DNA of 64,000 bases from Candidatus Limnocylindrales bacterium (GCA_035559535.1 DATMBG010000026.1:1-64000); one strand, 5' to 3'. Shown: positions 17,845 through 28,497, numbered from the stretch's first letter. A program made the numbers and translations. Notes: a model not told the origin generated them from the letters alone.

Positions 17845-19176
17845 ATGATGAAGTCCCTAAATTTTTTACTTCCCAAAATTAAAATAGTATTCTATCCGGG
17901 AACTCTTGTTTTTCTTTTATTTACCTTACCCGTCTTTGCCGATTCTCCTAAACCCCGGGTTCAGGTAATTCGAATCGATAGTTCCATTAATCCGGTCACC
18001 GAGGAATTTATTCTTCAATCCATCGATACAGCCAGCAAAGCCGAAATGGAGAGTTTAATTATTGAGCTGGATACCCCGGGCGGATTAGACTCCTCTATGC
18101 GCAATATTGTAAAGGGAATTTTTAACTCGTCGATTCCGGTTATCGTGTATGTTTCACCCAGTGGCGCTCGAGCCGCCTCTGCAGGTGTGATGATTACCAT
18201 GGCGGCCCATATAGCTGCCATGGCTCCCGGAACGAATATAGGAGCTGCGCATCCGGTCAACTTAGGAGGCGGAATGGACGAGGAAATGAAGAAAAAAGTA
18301 GAAAATGATGCCATCGCCTATGCCCAGGGCATAGCCCAAAAACGGGGAAGAAACGAAGAGTGGGCCGCACAAGCCGTCAAAGAGAGTGTTTCGGTAACTG
18401 CCGAGAAAGCCCTGGAACTCCATATTATCGATGTGGTGGCTTCAAATCTCCCGGAGCTTCTTTCCCAGGTCCATGGGAGAAAGGTGACCCTGGAATCGGG
18501 TGTAAAGGAGTTGAATACAAAGGATGCCGACATAGTTCGGGTTGAAATGGGGTTACGACATCGGATTTTAAATACTTTGACCAATCCCAACATCGCCTAT
18601 ATTCTCATGATCCTGGGATTTTATGGGCTTATTTTTGAGCTTTCCAATCCCGGGGCTGTTTTACCTGGAATTTTAGGGGGTATCTGTTTAATCCTGGGAC
18701 TTTATTCCCTCCAGACCCTTCCCATCAATTATGCCGGTCTCCTCCTTTTCTTATTCGGAATTATGTTGCTGGTGCTGGAAGTAAAAGTAGCCAGTTATGG
18801 TGCCCTGACCATCGGTGGAATTGTTTCCATGATTCTGGGTTCCATCATGCTTTTTGAATCTCCTGAACCTTACCTGAGGGCTTCCTGGTCCGTTATCCTG
18901 CCGGCTGTAGGAACTACGGCTGCACTTATTTTATTTGCCCTGGGAGTCGCCATCAAAGCGCGATTGTCTAAACCTGCAACCGGAAAAGAAGGAATGATTG
19001 GGGAAATCGGAACGGTTTATTCTAAGCTGGATGATCGAGAGTTTAAAGTCTTTGTCCACGGAGAATACTGGAACGCAGAAAGTGATCAAATGTTGGAGGT
19101 TGGAGAAAAGGTAGAAGTTATCCAGGTAAAAGGTTTAAAGTTGAAGGTAAGGAGAGCTAAAAGGAAAGAAATGTAG
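17845..19176 (+). CDS. nfeD: NfeD membrane-bound serine protease (long form)
   Basis: LDTPGG, RAASAG, APGTNIGAAHPV, TM region, C-terminal OB fold VFVHGEYWNA. Confidence 0.93.
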   Translation: MMKSLNFLLPKIKIVFYPGTLVFLLFTLPVFADSPKPRVQVIRIDSSINPVTEEFILQSIDTASKAEMESLIIELDTPGGLDSSMRNIVKGIFNSSIPVIVYVSPSGARAASAGVMITMAAHIAAMAPGTNIGAAHPVNLGGGMDEEMKKKVENDAIAYAQGIAQKRGRNEEWAAQAVKESVSVTAEKALELHIIDVVASNLPELLSQVHGRKVTLESGVKELNTKDADIVRVEMGLRHRILNTLTNPNIAYILMILGFYGLIFELSNPGAVLPGILGGICLILGLYSLQTLPINYAGLLLFLFGIMLLVLEVKVASYGALTIGGIVSMILGSIMLFESPEPYLRASWSVILPAVGTTAALILFALGVAIKARLSKPATGKEGMIGEIGTVYSKLDDREFKVFVHGEYWNAESDQMLEVGEKVEVIQVKGLKLKVRRAKRKEM

Positions 19177-19268
19177 TAATCTCTTTAATCCCTCTTTAGG
19201 AATGAAGAGAAAGGTTACTACAGGCTTTTTTTTCTAAACAAACATCTAAACAAACAAAGGAGGATTCT

Positions 19269-20042
19269 ATGGGAATCGGCGTAATGGTCGTTGGTTTTCT
19301 TCTTTTAGTCGTTATTCTTAACTCCATTCGGATCTTGAAGGAATATGAACGGGCTGTTATCTTCCGTCTGGGAAAGCTTGCCCCCGAAGGGGCCATCGTG
19401 GGTGGTAATGGGCCTGGGTTGATCTTGCTAATTCCCATTATTGATAAAATGGTCAAAATCAGTTTACGAACGGTAGTTTTGGATGTTCCGCCTCAAGATG
19501 TTATTACGAAAGATAATGTTTCGATCAAGGTCAACGCGGTTGTGTATTTTCGCGTGGTAGATCCCAATAAAGCCGTTGTCGAGGTGGAAAACTATCTCTA
19601 TGCAACCTCTCAGTTAGCCCAGACTACCTTGCGGAGCGTTCTGGGTCAGGTTGAGCTGGATGATTTACTCTCTGAGCGGGAGAAAATCAACGCCCATTTA
19701 CAGGAAATCCTGGATCGCCATACCGACCCCTGGGGTATTAAGGTATCTACCGTAGAGGTGAAACACATCGACCTCCCTCAGGAAATGCAGCGAGCTATGG
19801 CCAGACAGGCAGAAGCTGAAAGGGAACGAAGGGCTAAAGTTATTAATGCAGAGGGAGAATATCAGGCTTCTTCACGGCTTGCAGAAGCTGCTTCTATCAT
19901 AGCTACCCAGCCGACCGCCTTACAACTTCGGTTCTTGCAAACTTTAACCGAAATAGCGGCAGAGAATAACTCCATCGTTCTTTTCCCCGTTCCTATCGAT
20001 CTGATTCGACCTTTTATAAAACTCATAGAGGAGAAAAAATAA
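19269..20042 (+). CDS. SPFH/stomatin-like (slipin) protein
   Basis: [44 protein letters not shown]. Confidence 0.95.
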   Translation: MGIGVMVVGFLLLVVILNSIRILKEYERAVIFRLGKLAPEGAIVGGNGPGLILLIPIIDKMVKISLRTVVLDVPPQDVITKDNVSIKVNAVVYFRVVDPNKAVVEVENYLYATSQLAQTTLRSVLGQVELDDLLSEREKINAHLQEILDRHTDPWGIKVSTVEVKHIDLPQEMQRAMARQAEAERERRAKVINAEGEYQASSRLAEAASIIATQPTALQLRFLQTLTEIAAENNSIVLFPVPIDLIRPFIKLIEEKK

Positions 20043-20051
20043 GACCCGGCT

Positions 20052-20086
20052 AGAAAGCAGAAAGGTTTTTGTACTTTCTGCTTTCT
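20052..20086. terminator. Bidirectional hairpin between convergent genes
   Basis: AGAAAGCAGAAAG-N9-CTTTCTGCTTTCT perfect 13-bp stem. Confidence 0.6.
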
Positions 20087-20116
20087 GAGCTTTAGGTCAA
20101 CTCCTGCTCAAAGGTC

Positions 20117-21652
20117 TTAAATGGCCAGGTATTTTTTAACCAGGGCTTCGTTTTTCCATAATTCTTCCACCGATCCTTCATATTGGATCCTTCCTTTTTC
20201 CAGAATAAAAGCATGATCGGCTACGGCGCGGGCGAAGTTCAAGTTCTGGTCTGCTAAAAGAATGGTTACACCTTCTCTCCGGATATTCTGGATGGCCTCC
20301 CTCAAGATCTGTACCAGGAGAGGGCTTAATCCTTCTGAAGGTTCATCCAGTAAAAGTAAGGTGGGATTGGCCATTAAAGCCCTTCCGATGGCCAGCATTT
20401 TTTGCTCTCCGCCGCTGAGATGCCGCCCCTTTTGATTTTCCAGATCTTTAAGTTTTGGAAAAAGGGTATAGACCTTGGAAAGGTTCCAACCCCCCTGGAC
20501 AGGAGGTATGACCCACTGAGCTATTTCAAGATTCTGGCGGACCGTCAATTCGGGGAAAATCCTTCGATCATCTGGAACATACCCAATGCCGAGAAGAGCT
20601 ATTTCATAGGGCTTTCTTTTGGAAATGTCCTGTCCTTTGAAGCGAATAACCCCGGATCGAGGCGGAGTCAGGCCCATGATGCTTCGAAGGGTGGTCGTTT
20701 TACCTACTCCATTTCTTCCCAATAAACAGGCCACTTCTCCCTGATTAACCTCCAGGGAGATCTCTTGCAAGATATGACTGAAACCGTAGAACGTATCGAT
20801 GGATTGAAGCTCTAAGATTTTGTGGGTAGTAGGAGGCCTGGAGGCTGAGGCCTGCTTTTCATTGACCGGGGGGGTCCACGATGACGAACGGGGGATAGCG
20901 GTCAATGGATTATCTCCCAAATAAACTTCTCGAACGATGGGGTCTTCTTTAATCTCTTCGGGTCGCCCATCCACCAAAACTTTCCCCCTATGTAAAACAA
21001 TGATCCGGTCGGAAAGGGAAAACACCACATCCATATCATGCTCCACAATGAGGAAAGTTGTTTTTTGCTCTACCGCTAATCGTTTGATATTTTTAAGGAT
21101 ATGGACCCGTTCTACGGGATTCATACCGGCTGTAGGCTCATCGAGAATAAGGAGGGTGGGATGACTGGCCAGGGCCATTCCGATCTCCAGCAGTCGTTGA
21201 TCTCCATGGGAAAGAGCGGCTGCAGGAAGCGTGGATTTCTCCAAAAGGCCGATCGTTTGGAGTATGTCTTCCACAGATTTTCTTACAGAGGTTAAGCGTT
21301 TGAATCTGGAGAAAAGATTCAGGCTTTTATTCATCCGGGAAAGTGTGGGAATGGCGATATTTTCGAAAACGGTCAATCGAGGCAGGATATTGGTGATTTG
21401 AAAGGAACGGCCTATGCCCCTTTTTACTCTACGATGAATGGGAAATCGCGTAATATCTTCACCTTTAAAGAAGATTTTTCCCGAATCCGGAAAAAATCTG
21501 CCTGTCAGGAGGTTAATGAAGCTGGTCTTTCCAGCTCCGTTGGGTCCGATAATCGAAGTAAAAACCCCTTCTTCAAATTTTAAATCAATACCATCGACTG
21601 CATGAATTTCACCGAAATACTTTTTGAGGCCTTCAACCCTCAACAGTTCCAT
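20117..21652 (-). CDS. Fused LivG-LivF branched-chain-amino-acid-type ABC ATPase (two NBDs)
   Basis: Two Walker A (GPNGAGKT, GRNGVGKT) and signatures (LSHGDQR, LSGGEQK). Confidence 0.92.
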   Translation of the reverse strand: MELLRVEGLKKYFGEIHAVDGIDLKFEEGVFTSIIGPNGAGKTSFINLLTGRFFPDSGKIFFKGEDITRFPIHRRVKRGIGRSFQITNILPRLTVFENIAIPTLSRMNKSLNLFSRFKRLTSVRKSVEDILQTIGLLEKSTLPAAALSHGDQRLLEIGMALASHPTLLILDEPTAGMNPVERVHILKNIKRLAVEQKTTFLIVEHDMDVVFSLSDRIIVLHRGKVLVDGRPEEIKEDPIVREVYLGDNPLTAIPRSSSWTPPVNEKQASASRPPTTHKILELQSIDTFYGFSHILQEISLEVNQGEVACLLGRNGVGKTTTLRSIMGLTPPRSGVIRFKGQDISKRKPYEIALLGIGYVPDDRRIFPELTVRQNLEIAQWVIPPVQGGWNLSKVYTLFPKLKDLENQKGRHLSGGEQKMLAIGRALMANPTLLLLDEPSEGLSPLLVQILREAIQNIRREGVTILLADQNLNFARAVADHAFILEKGRIQYEGSVEELWKNEALVKKYLAI

Positions 21653-21695
21653 CCCTTAGGGAAGCAAAAGGCAAAAGCAAAGATATTTTTCTCCT

Positions 21696-22646
21696 TTACC
21701 TTTTGGCCTTTGCTTTGAATTGGATAAGAGCTCCTACAACCCCTCCTCGTAATCCGAGCAGAATAAGGAGTAGAATGATTCCATATACCAGCAGCCAGTA
21801 CTCGGTATACCGGACGACGGTTTCTTTCAAAAGGATAAACAACGCGGAACCAACGATAGGACCGGCGAAGGTATGAATTCCTCCTAAAAGGCTTGCCAGG
21901 ATGGGTTCAGAGGATTTGGTCCAATCTGCGGCTGCAGGCGCGACGGTATTTTCCAGAGGAGCCAGTAACGCACCGGCCAATCCGGCAAAGAATCCCGAAA
22001 TCACAAAGGCTATCCATCGATATCTCTTGATAGGAATTCCGGCAAACTCCACACGATGAGAATTTTCCCGTATACCCTGAAGGACCAGTCCAAAGGAGGA
22101 GTTGACAATGGTATAAAGGAGAAGAATGGCCAGAAGTGTAACGATTAAAACAAAATAATAGTAATTAGATACGGCCTTCATGTTTAAGCTAAATACCCCG
22201 GGAATCTGAAGGGGAGCTCGGGGAATTCCGATCAATCCATCATCGCCTCCGGTGACATCCCGCCATTTCCAGGCCAGGGAGTAGACCATCATCCCGAAGG
22301 CCAGGGTCAGCATGGAGAAATATACATCAGTATGGCGAACACAAAAAAAGCCGATGATTAAGGCAAGAAGGGTTGCAGCCAGCGTACCTCCCAGAACGCC
22401 GGGAATTAGAGAATTGGTTACATTCTTTAAAATCAGGCCCGTTGCATAGGCTCCCGTTGCATAAAAGGCTGCATGTCCAAAGGATAAAAGTCCTGTATAG
22501 CCGAACAAAAGATTGAACCCTAAGGCAAACAGACTCAACATGAGAATCTGAAGGGTTATATAAAGATAAAACCTTGAAGCCAGAAGGGGAAGAATCATCA
22601 AAACAACGATTAAGAGGCATAAACCAATCACTGTATAAGGTTTCAT
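21696..22646 (-). CDS. livM: Branched-chain amino acid ABC permease LivM
   Basis: GYTGLLSFGHAAF, TGGDDG, IRENSHR. Confidence 0.9.
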   Translation of the reverse strand: MKPYTVIGLCLLIVVLMILPLLASRFYLYITLQILMLSLFALGFNLLFGYTGLLSFGHAAFYATGAYATGLILKNVTNSLIPGVLGGTLAATLLALIIGFFCVRHTDVYFSMLTLAFGMMVYSLAWKWRDVTGGDDGLIGIPRAPLQIPGVFSLNMKAVSNYYYFVLIVTLLAILLLYTIVNSSFGLVLQGIRENSHRVEFAGIPIKRYRWIAFVISGFFAGLAGALLAPLENTVAPAAADWTKSSEPILASLLGGIHTFAGPIVGSALFILLKETVVRYTEYWLLVYGIILLLILLGLRGGVVGALIQFKAKAKR

Positions 22647-22913
22647 TTATTAAAGGTTACTATTTTGTAAAGTTAATTCTGTGTGATTCTCCTTCACCCC
22701 AGGCTCCTCCCCCTCCCTCATCCTCCCCGTCCACGGGGGGATGGAAAGGGGGAAGGGGAGCCGGGGGTGAGGGCAGAACGGTCATTCAAATCTAACTTTA
22801 CGAAGTACTGCCCTATTTAGAGACACCCCAAGCCGTCTGAGACCCTTGCCAGGTATCTTTTTCTCTGACCCGATCCCTTTCCTGCCTCCCCACATCTCCG
22901 TGTTTCTTGTTTT

Positions 22914-23780
22914 CTAAACTTCTCGGGTTCCAAACAATCCCCAGGGTCTTAAAATGAGTACAACGGCCATGAGGATAAAGGCCAGAGCCATTTCAAATAC
23001 GGGAATATAGAAAACACCGTATACATGAAGAAGTCCTATCAGGATAGCTCCGATAAAGGCGCCTTTTAAGCTTCCCAGGCCTCCAATAACCGCAACAATA
23101 AAAGCTTCGATGATAATTATCTCGCCCATTCCCGGAGAAACCGGGCGAATAGGTATACTCAGAGCTCCGCCTAATGCAGCAAGCCAGGCCCCCAGCATGA
23201 AAACCCCGGTGTATAATCGAGGAACATTTACCCCCAGGGCGCTGGCCATCTCTCGATCTGAGGCAGAAGCTACAATGAGGCGGCCCCACCGGGTTTTCTC
23301 CAGGAGGAACCAGAGTCCTAAAGCGATGAGGGGTCCAACCAGGATAATAAACAGATTGTACAGGGGATACGCCTGACCCAGGATCGACAGGGAGCTATCC
23401 AGACCCGGGGGCATAGGCGAGGCCTGATAGATAGGGCCCCAAATCAACTTAACTAAATCATTGAAGATAAGGACGAAGGCAAAGGTCAGCAAAAGTTGAT
23501 AAGCAACTTCCAGACGATAAACCCATCGGAGAAAGAATCGCTCCATCAGCAGGCCGATTCCGGCAACAAAGACAGGTCCTATCGCCAATCCCAGCCAGAA
23601 GTTATGCCCCAGAAGTCCAAAAAAGTAGAAGGTCAGATAGGCACCCAACATGTAGAGGCTTCCATGGGCAAAGTTCAATACACGCAGAACTCCAAAGATC
23701 AGGCTAAGTCCTGCGGCGACCATCCAAAGGTACATGGCTTCACTGAGACCCACCAGGCCCTGGAATAGAAATGTCCTCAT
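22914..23780 (-). CDS. livH: Branched-chain amino acid ABC permease LivH
   Basis: GLSLIFGVLRVLNFAHG, AVIGGLGS, RPWGLFG; ATG 23780. Confidence 0.9.
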   Translation of the reverse strand: MRTFLFQGLVGLSEAMYLWMVAAGLSLIFGVLRVLNFAHGSLYMLGAYLTFYFFGLLGHNFWLGLAIGPVFVAGIGLLMERFFLRWVYRLEVAYQLLLTFAFVLIFNDLVKLIWGPIYQASPMPPGLDSSLSILGQAYPLYNLFIILVGPLIALGLWFLLEKTRWGRLIVASASDREMASALGVNVPRLYTGVFMLGAWLAALGGALSIPIRPVSPGMGEIIIIEAFIVAVIGGLGSLKGAFIGAILIGLLHVYGVFYIPVFEMALAFILMAVVLILRPWGLFGTREV

Positions 23781-23855
23781 CGGAATCAGGAATAAAAAAT
23801 TTCTCGCAAAGAGCAAATACACCTTTGCGAGAAAACCGAAGATCGAAGGGGATTT

Positions 23856-25133
23856 CTAGGCTTCAACAAATGGCGGTTTCCGAAAATACTCCTCTGCCGG
23901 TATAACCTTGAGGTCTGTCAAGGTTGGAAAGGGATACTCTGGATTGTGGGTAATACGGCCCCACGGGACCTGATAAACCGCTTGATGATCTTCGGGACGG
24001 ATGTATCGTTTACCGGCCGGGGTCATGAGGGTCATCCCCTCAAGGGCTTTGATGATCTCGGGCGTTGAAACCGTTCCAGCCTTTTCTACCGCGGCTTTGA
24101 TGGCATAGATGGCAGAATACGTGGTCTCTGAGACGTAGTGGGGATATTTATTCCAGCGTTTATAAAATCTATCAACGAAAGCCTTATTTTCAGGGGTATC
24201 AGGGTATTGAAACCAGTATCGGCAGGTGACCCAGGCTTTTTCCGGGTACTCCTTTCCAAGACCTTCCAATACATCCATGGCTGCTCCCATAGGGGTCATC
24301 CAGGTTTGAATTTTATCAAAAACTCCGAAAAGCTTGGCCTGCTTGATTAAAGTAACGGCTTCCCCGGCCCACTGGGTTGAGTAAATTCCATCGGGATTGG
24401 CAGCCATGACTTTGGTAATATGAGCCCCAAAGTCCGAAGTCAGGAACTTAGCCCAGGCTTCTTCTACAAATTCTACGTCGGGACGGAGCTTTTTTAAAGT
24501 TGCCTTAAAAAAGTTCCAGGCGGTATGTCCGTATTCATAATCGGCCCCGATGGTAACCCATCGCTTCGCCGGGAAATCTTTGGCTACTATGGCAGCCGCA
24601 ATTCCATCCTGGTAAACCGGCACGCTGATTCGAAAAATCTGTTTGATCCCCTGCTTGTAGACCAGATTTTCGGTAAGTTTTTCGGTTGCTCCATGGGTTA
24701 CAATGAGAACTCTATCCAATTCCCCCATGATGGCCCCAACCCCTAAGGCCGAAGAGCTGGCATCGAGACCTGTAAGAAAATCGGCTCCCCAGTCATCTAC
24801 AAAATATCGGGCATTTTTAGCGGCCACATCGGGTTTTAACTCCTCATCTCGAAATTCAATTTCGACCTTACTCCCCAGAATTCCTCCGCTGGAGTTAATT
24901 TCATCAACGGCCAGTTGAGCCCCCATTTTCATAAATTGCCCATATCCTCCAAACGGGCCGGAAAGGGTTGCCTGGGCTCCAATTCGAATGGGGTCTTTAA
25001 TTTTACCCTTCTTTTCTGTTTGGGCATAAACCGGATCCAGGGGGTAAACAAGTTGAGATCCCAGGACTCCTGTACCTACTAAAGATATCCCATACTTTAA
25101 AAAATCTCTTCTTCCTACCTCTTTTGAACCCAT
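23856..25133 (-). CDS. Leu/Ile/Val-type (PBP1) substrate-binding protein, Tat-exported
   Basis: GRRDFLK twin-arginine motif; AVDEINSSGGILG, DYEYGH; AGGAGG RBS. Confidence 0.9.
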   Translation of the reverse strand: MGSKEVGRRDFLKYGISLVGTGVLGSQLVYPLDPVYAQTEKKGKIKDPIRIGAQATLSGPFGGYGQFMKMGAQLAVDEINSSGGILGSKVEIEFRDEELKPDVAAKNARYFVDDWGADFLTGLDASSSALGVGAIMGELDRVLIVTHGATEKLTENLVYKQGIKQIFRISVPVYQDGIAAAIVAKDFPAKRWVTIGADYEYGHTAWNFFKATLKKLRPDVEFVEEAWAKFLTSDFGAHITKVMAANPDGIYSTQWAGEAVTLIKQAKLFGVFDKIQTWMTPMGAAMDVLEGLGKEYPEKAWVTCRYWFQYPDTPENKAFVDRFYKRWNKYPHYVSETTYSAIYAIKAAVEKAGTVSTPEIIKALEGMTLMTPAGKRYIRPEDHQAVYQVPWGRITHNPEYPFPTLTDLKVIPAEEYFRKPPFVEA

Positions 25134-25249
25134 TGTCCCACCTCCTGTATGGCTAAAGGGAATAAAAAACCCTCTGTAATTTTAAAGGATAACCTGTCTA
25201 AGGTTATCATCTCCACCTGCTGATGGATTGTCAAGTTTAATCTTCAAAC

Positions 25250-26650
25250 TCAAGAGTTACCTGACCCTCGGATGGAATTTTCTCGTTTCAAATGGAATTT
25301 CTGAATTCGGTACTGTAAGGTTTTGTAGGTAATCCCCAGGAGTTCTGAAGCTCGTTTAATACTCCAGTTAGACTTGATGAGGGCGTTTTCAATAAGATTT
25401 CGTTCCACCTCAGAGAGAGATATGCCCTCATCAGGAATAGTGAGATCAAGCCCAAGGCTCTGAGACTTAGGGGCCAGGAGTTTTTGGGGAAGATCACTGG
25501 CTCGAATAATTCCATCTTCGTTTAGGAGAATCGTCCGTTCTATTACAGACTCTAATTCTCGAACATTTCCCGGCCAGGAGTAATCCAGTAATCGATCCAT
25601 GGCGTCCGGGGTTATTTTCTCAATGACTTTTCCAAACTTTTTTCCGTACTTTTTAATAAAGAAATCGATAAGCAGGGAGATGTCTTCTTTTCTCTCCCGT
25701 AACGAAGGAAGAAAAATAGGAACTACATTGAGCCGATAGTATAGATCCTGGCGGAATCGGCCTTCTTGCATTTCTTCTTCCAGGTTTTTATTGGTTGCTG
25801 CAATCACCCGTACATCTACCGTAATGACCTTATTACCACCAACCCGTTTTATTTCTCCATCCTGAAGCACCCGGAGCAATTTAGCTTGCAGAGAAATATT
25901 CAAATCCCCGATTTCATCCAGAAAAAGGGTTCCCTGGTGGGCTTCTTCAAAGATTCCTTTCTTTTGAGTATAAGCGCCGCTGAAGGATCCCTTTTCATGG
26001 CCAAACATCTCACTTTCCAGGAGGGTATCCGGAATGGCCGCGCAATTAATTGCCAGGAAAGCATGATTTTTTCGTTTACTATAAAAATGAATAGCCCTGG
26101 CCACCAATTCTTTTCCGGTTCCACTCTCCCCGTAAATAAGGACAGTGGAGTCACTGGGGGCGACCTTTTCGATAATTCTAAATACTTCCTGCATCCGAGG
26201 AGAACTTCCAATAAGGTTGTGAAACTGATACCGTTCCTCCAGTTCTTTTCGTAAGAGACGATTCTCCCGCAGCAGGGATCTGTTTTCCAGGGCTCTCTGC
26301 ACGGTTAGAAGAAGTTCTTCTTTACCGAAGGGCTTTGTAAGGTAATGGAAAGCCCCTTTTTTCATGGCTTCTACGGCAGATTCTACGGAGCCATAAGCCG
26401 TTACCACGATCACACTGGTCTCCGGACTTATTTCCTTCACTTTTCCCAACAGTTCGATCCCATCCATCTCGGGCATCTTGAGATCCGTTATAATGAGAGC
26501 TACCGAAGTTTGTTTTAGGAGTTCCAGAGCTTCCCGGCCACTTCCGGCTATAGTAACCGGATAGCCTTCATATTTTAAAATATCTCGGATGATTTCTCGT
26601 TGAAGTTTTTCATCATCTACAACGAGAATACTTTCAGAGTACTCTTTCAT
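25250..26650 (-). CDS. Sigma54-dependent response regulator (activator 1 of the island)
   Basis: REC, GESGTGKE, GSFSGA (GAFTGA variant), WPGNVRELE, HTH; ATG 26650 overlaps kinase end. Confidence 0.93.
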   Translation of the reverse strand: MKEYSESILVVDDEKLQREIIRDILKYEGYPVTIAGSGREALELLKQTSVALIITDLKMPEMDGIELLGKVKEISPETSVIVVTAYGSVESAVEAMKKGAFHYLTKPFGKEELLLTVQRALENRSLLRENRLLRKELEERYQFHNLIGSSPRMQEVFRIIEKVAPSDSTVLIYGESGTGKELVARAIHFYSKRKNHAFLAINCAAIPDTLLESEMFGHEKGSFSGAYTQKKGIFEEAHQGTLFLDEIGDLNISLQAKLLRVLQDGEIKRVGGNKVITVDVRVIAATNKNLEEEMQEGRFRQDLYYRLNVVPIFLPSLRERKEDISLLIDFFIKKYGKKFGKVIEKITPDAMDRLLDYSWPGNVRELESVIERTILLNEDGIIRASDLPQKLLAPKSQSLGLDLTIPDEGISLSEVERNLIENALIKSNWSIKRASELLGITYKTLQYRIQKFHLKRENSIRGSGNS

Positions 26651-28112
26651 TCTGGTTCCCTCCGTTCTCCCCAAGGGGAAGGGTAATCCTGAAGGTCGTT
26701 CCCTCTCCAAGCTGGCTTTCCACTGTAATCAAGCCCCCGTGTTCCTCGATAATTTGATGGGCAATGGTCAGGCCCAATCCGGAACCCCCCTCTTTTGTTG
26801 TAAAATAAGGCTCAAAGATTTTTTCCCGATATTCGGGAGGGATGCCCTTTCCCGTATCTGAGAAGAGGATCTGGATGTTTCGCGGGGGGTATTCTGGACT
26901 TTCTCGAACTACCGGTTGAACTTGAAGGGTTAAAGTTCCTCCCCCTGGCATGGCTTGAAAAGCATTGAAAACGAGATTAAGAAAAGCGGTTTTAAGAAGC
27001 TCTTCATCGGCCAGAATTTCTATAGGGGTTGAGGGTATTTCGACCTTGATTTGAATATTTTGCTTCTCTGCTTCTGTTGCAACGAGTTGAGCAATCTGTT
27101 GAAGGAGAAGGGAGATCTGAACAGGCACTTTTTTCGCGTGGGGCGGACGCGCAAATTGTAAAAATTCAACCACCAGACGGTTAAGCCGCAAAATTTCACT
27201 CCGTATGTTATTCAGATAAGTTTCAAATTCTTGCCTTTCTTTCTCCTGGGAATTGGCCCGAGGCGCAAACCGATCTCGAACGTGATCGATGGTAAGGGCT
27301 ATGGAGTTCAGGGGATTCCGAATCTCATGGGCCAGCCTGGCTCCCAGTTCTCCAATCATAGCCAGACGCTCCGAACGCTTAATTCGCTCTTCCCAGGCTT
27401 TTTGTTGCTGTAAGCGAACGGCCATGTTATTAAATCTTTCGATTAATCGACCCAATTCGTCCTGGGTATTGGCCTTGAGTTGGACATCAAAATTCCCCTG
27501 GGCAATCTGCTCAGAAGCTTTAATGAGTTGATCAATGGGATAGATGAATCGATTGACCAGATAGATAATAATCCCGATCCCTACAATAAACGTGGTTAAG
27601 GTGAGTAAAAAATTGAGGAAGCGGGCTCGGGCTATGAGATACTTAAAATCATCTAAAAGCATGATAGCATGGGCATAGTTGGTTCCCTCTTCATTCTCTC
27701 CTATGGGGATGATAATATCGTAGCGCTTGAGCCTTTTTTCTAATTCCTTTTTCGTCTCCTCCTGTGCAGACTCTCCGACTAATCGCCGCCTCCGAAGTTC
27801 TTCAAGACTGATTCCATCATCTTTGGGATTGGAACTGAGGATCACATGGTTTTCGTCATTTAAAATGGAAATTTGATAGAGTTTATTTTTCTCGGCCAGT
27901 TGCTGTAGTATCTTTCGTTTATCCTCCGTGCTGATTCCTTCTGCAAAAATTTGATCCACATCCACCTGACCGATTTTTTCCAATGCCTTTACATGATCTT
28001 CAACCTGGGTCAAAAGCGTCCTTTCATGCCGCTGCATAGACCAGTAGGTGACCACAAGGAGTCCACCCAATAAGGTAACCATTACAAGAATAAGCTTTTG
28101 CTTGAGCGTCAT
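26634..28112 (-). CDS. Membrane sensor histidine kinase with HAMP domain
   Basis: Two TM, DELGRL HAMP, AHEIRNPL H-box, N/G1/F/G2 boxes. Confidence 0.95.
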   Translation of the reverse strand: MTLKQKLILVMVTLLGGLLVVTYWSMQRHERTLLTQVEDHVKALEKIGQVDVDQIFAEGISTEDKRKILQQLAEKNKLYQISILNDENHVILSSNPKDDGISLEELRRRRLVGESAQEETKKELEKRLKRYDIIIPIGENEEGTNYAHAIMLLDDFKYLIARARFLNFLLTLTTFIVGIGIIIYLVNRFIYPIDQLIKASEQIAQGNFDVQLKANTQDELGRLIERFNNMAVRLQQQKAWEERIKRSERLAMIGELGARLAHEIRNPLNSIALTIDHVRDRFAPRANSQEKERQEFETYLNNIRSEILRLNRLVVEFLQFARPPHAKKVPVQISLLLQQIAQLVATEAEKQNIQIKVEIPSTPIEILADEELLKTAFLNLVFNAFQAMPGGGTLTLQVQPVVRESPEYPPRNIQILFSDTGKGIPPEYREKIFEPYFTTKEGGSGLGLTIAHQIIEEHGGLITVESQLGEGTTFRITLPLGENGGNQNERVL

Positions 28113-28368
28113 GTCTTTAGGTTACATCCCCTTTAGGGTAAAATTAAGAATAAAAAGTGAGTCTTTATACAAAATTATCAAAAGCGCAAAAAATATACCA
28201 GCTCCCATCAGCTCGTAAAATCCATCGGTCATGGAAGGATTCGCACCCATTTCCTCTCGAACAGGTCCGTACCTTATTTGAGGCATAATTAGTCTGAATC
28301 CCCACGGTTTTATATTCTATCTTTATAAAATATTACTATTTAGTTCAGGTGATCAGAAAAAAGGTTTT

Positions 28369-28384
28369 TACCTTTTTTAAGGTA
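28369..28384. promoter_or_regulatory. Palindromic enhancer-like site TACCT-N6-AGGTA
   Basis: TACCTTTTTTAAGGTA about 100 bp upstream of a sigma54 promoter; exact reverse complement at 60056-60071. Confidence 0.65.
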
Positions 28385-28482
28385 TTTTAAGAAAAGGTTT
28401 AATGAGTTTGGTCTGAATCCCTCATCACTTAAAAAGCCCTTTAGAGTATAGTTTCCATGGATTTTTTCTTCGTCTAAAAACC

Positions 28483-28497
28483 TGGTATAGAACTTGC
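28483..28497 (+). promoter_or_regulatory. Sigma54 -24/-12 promoter
   Basis: TGGTATAGAACTTGC (GG-N10-GC). Confidence 0.75.

Noticed and set aside
19188-19203. ATCCC-N6-GGAAT resembling the enhancer motif
   Set aside because: Inside the nfeD-stomatin operon with no sigma54 box nearby; probably chance
17845-20042. nfeD-stomatin pair as a novel system
   Set aside because: Well-described conserved operon
25766-26254. 162-aa antisense ORF (and similar shadow ORFs throughout)
   Set aside because: Antisense shadows of conserved genes with no protein-like motifs
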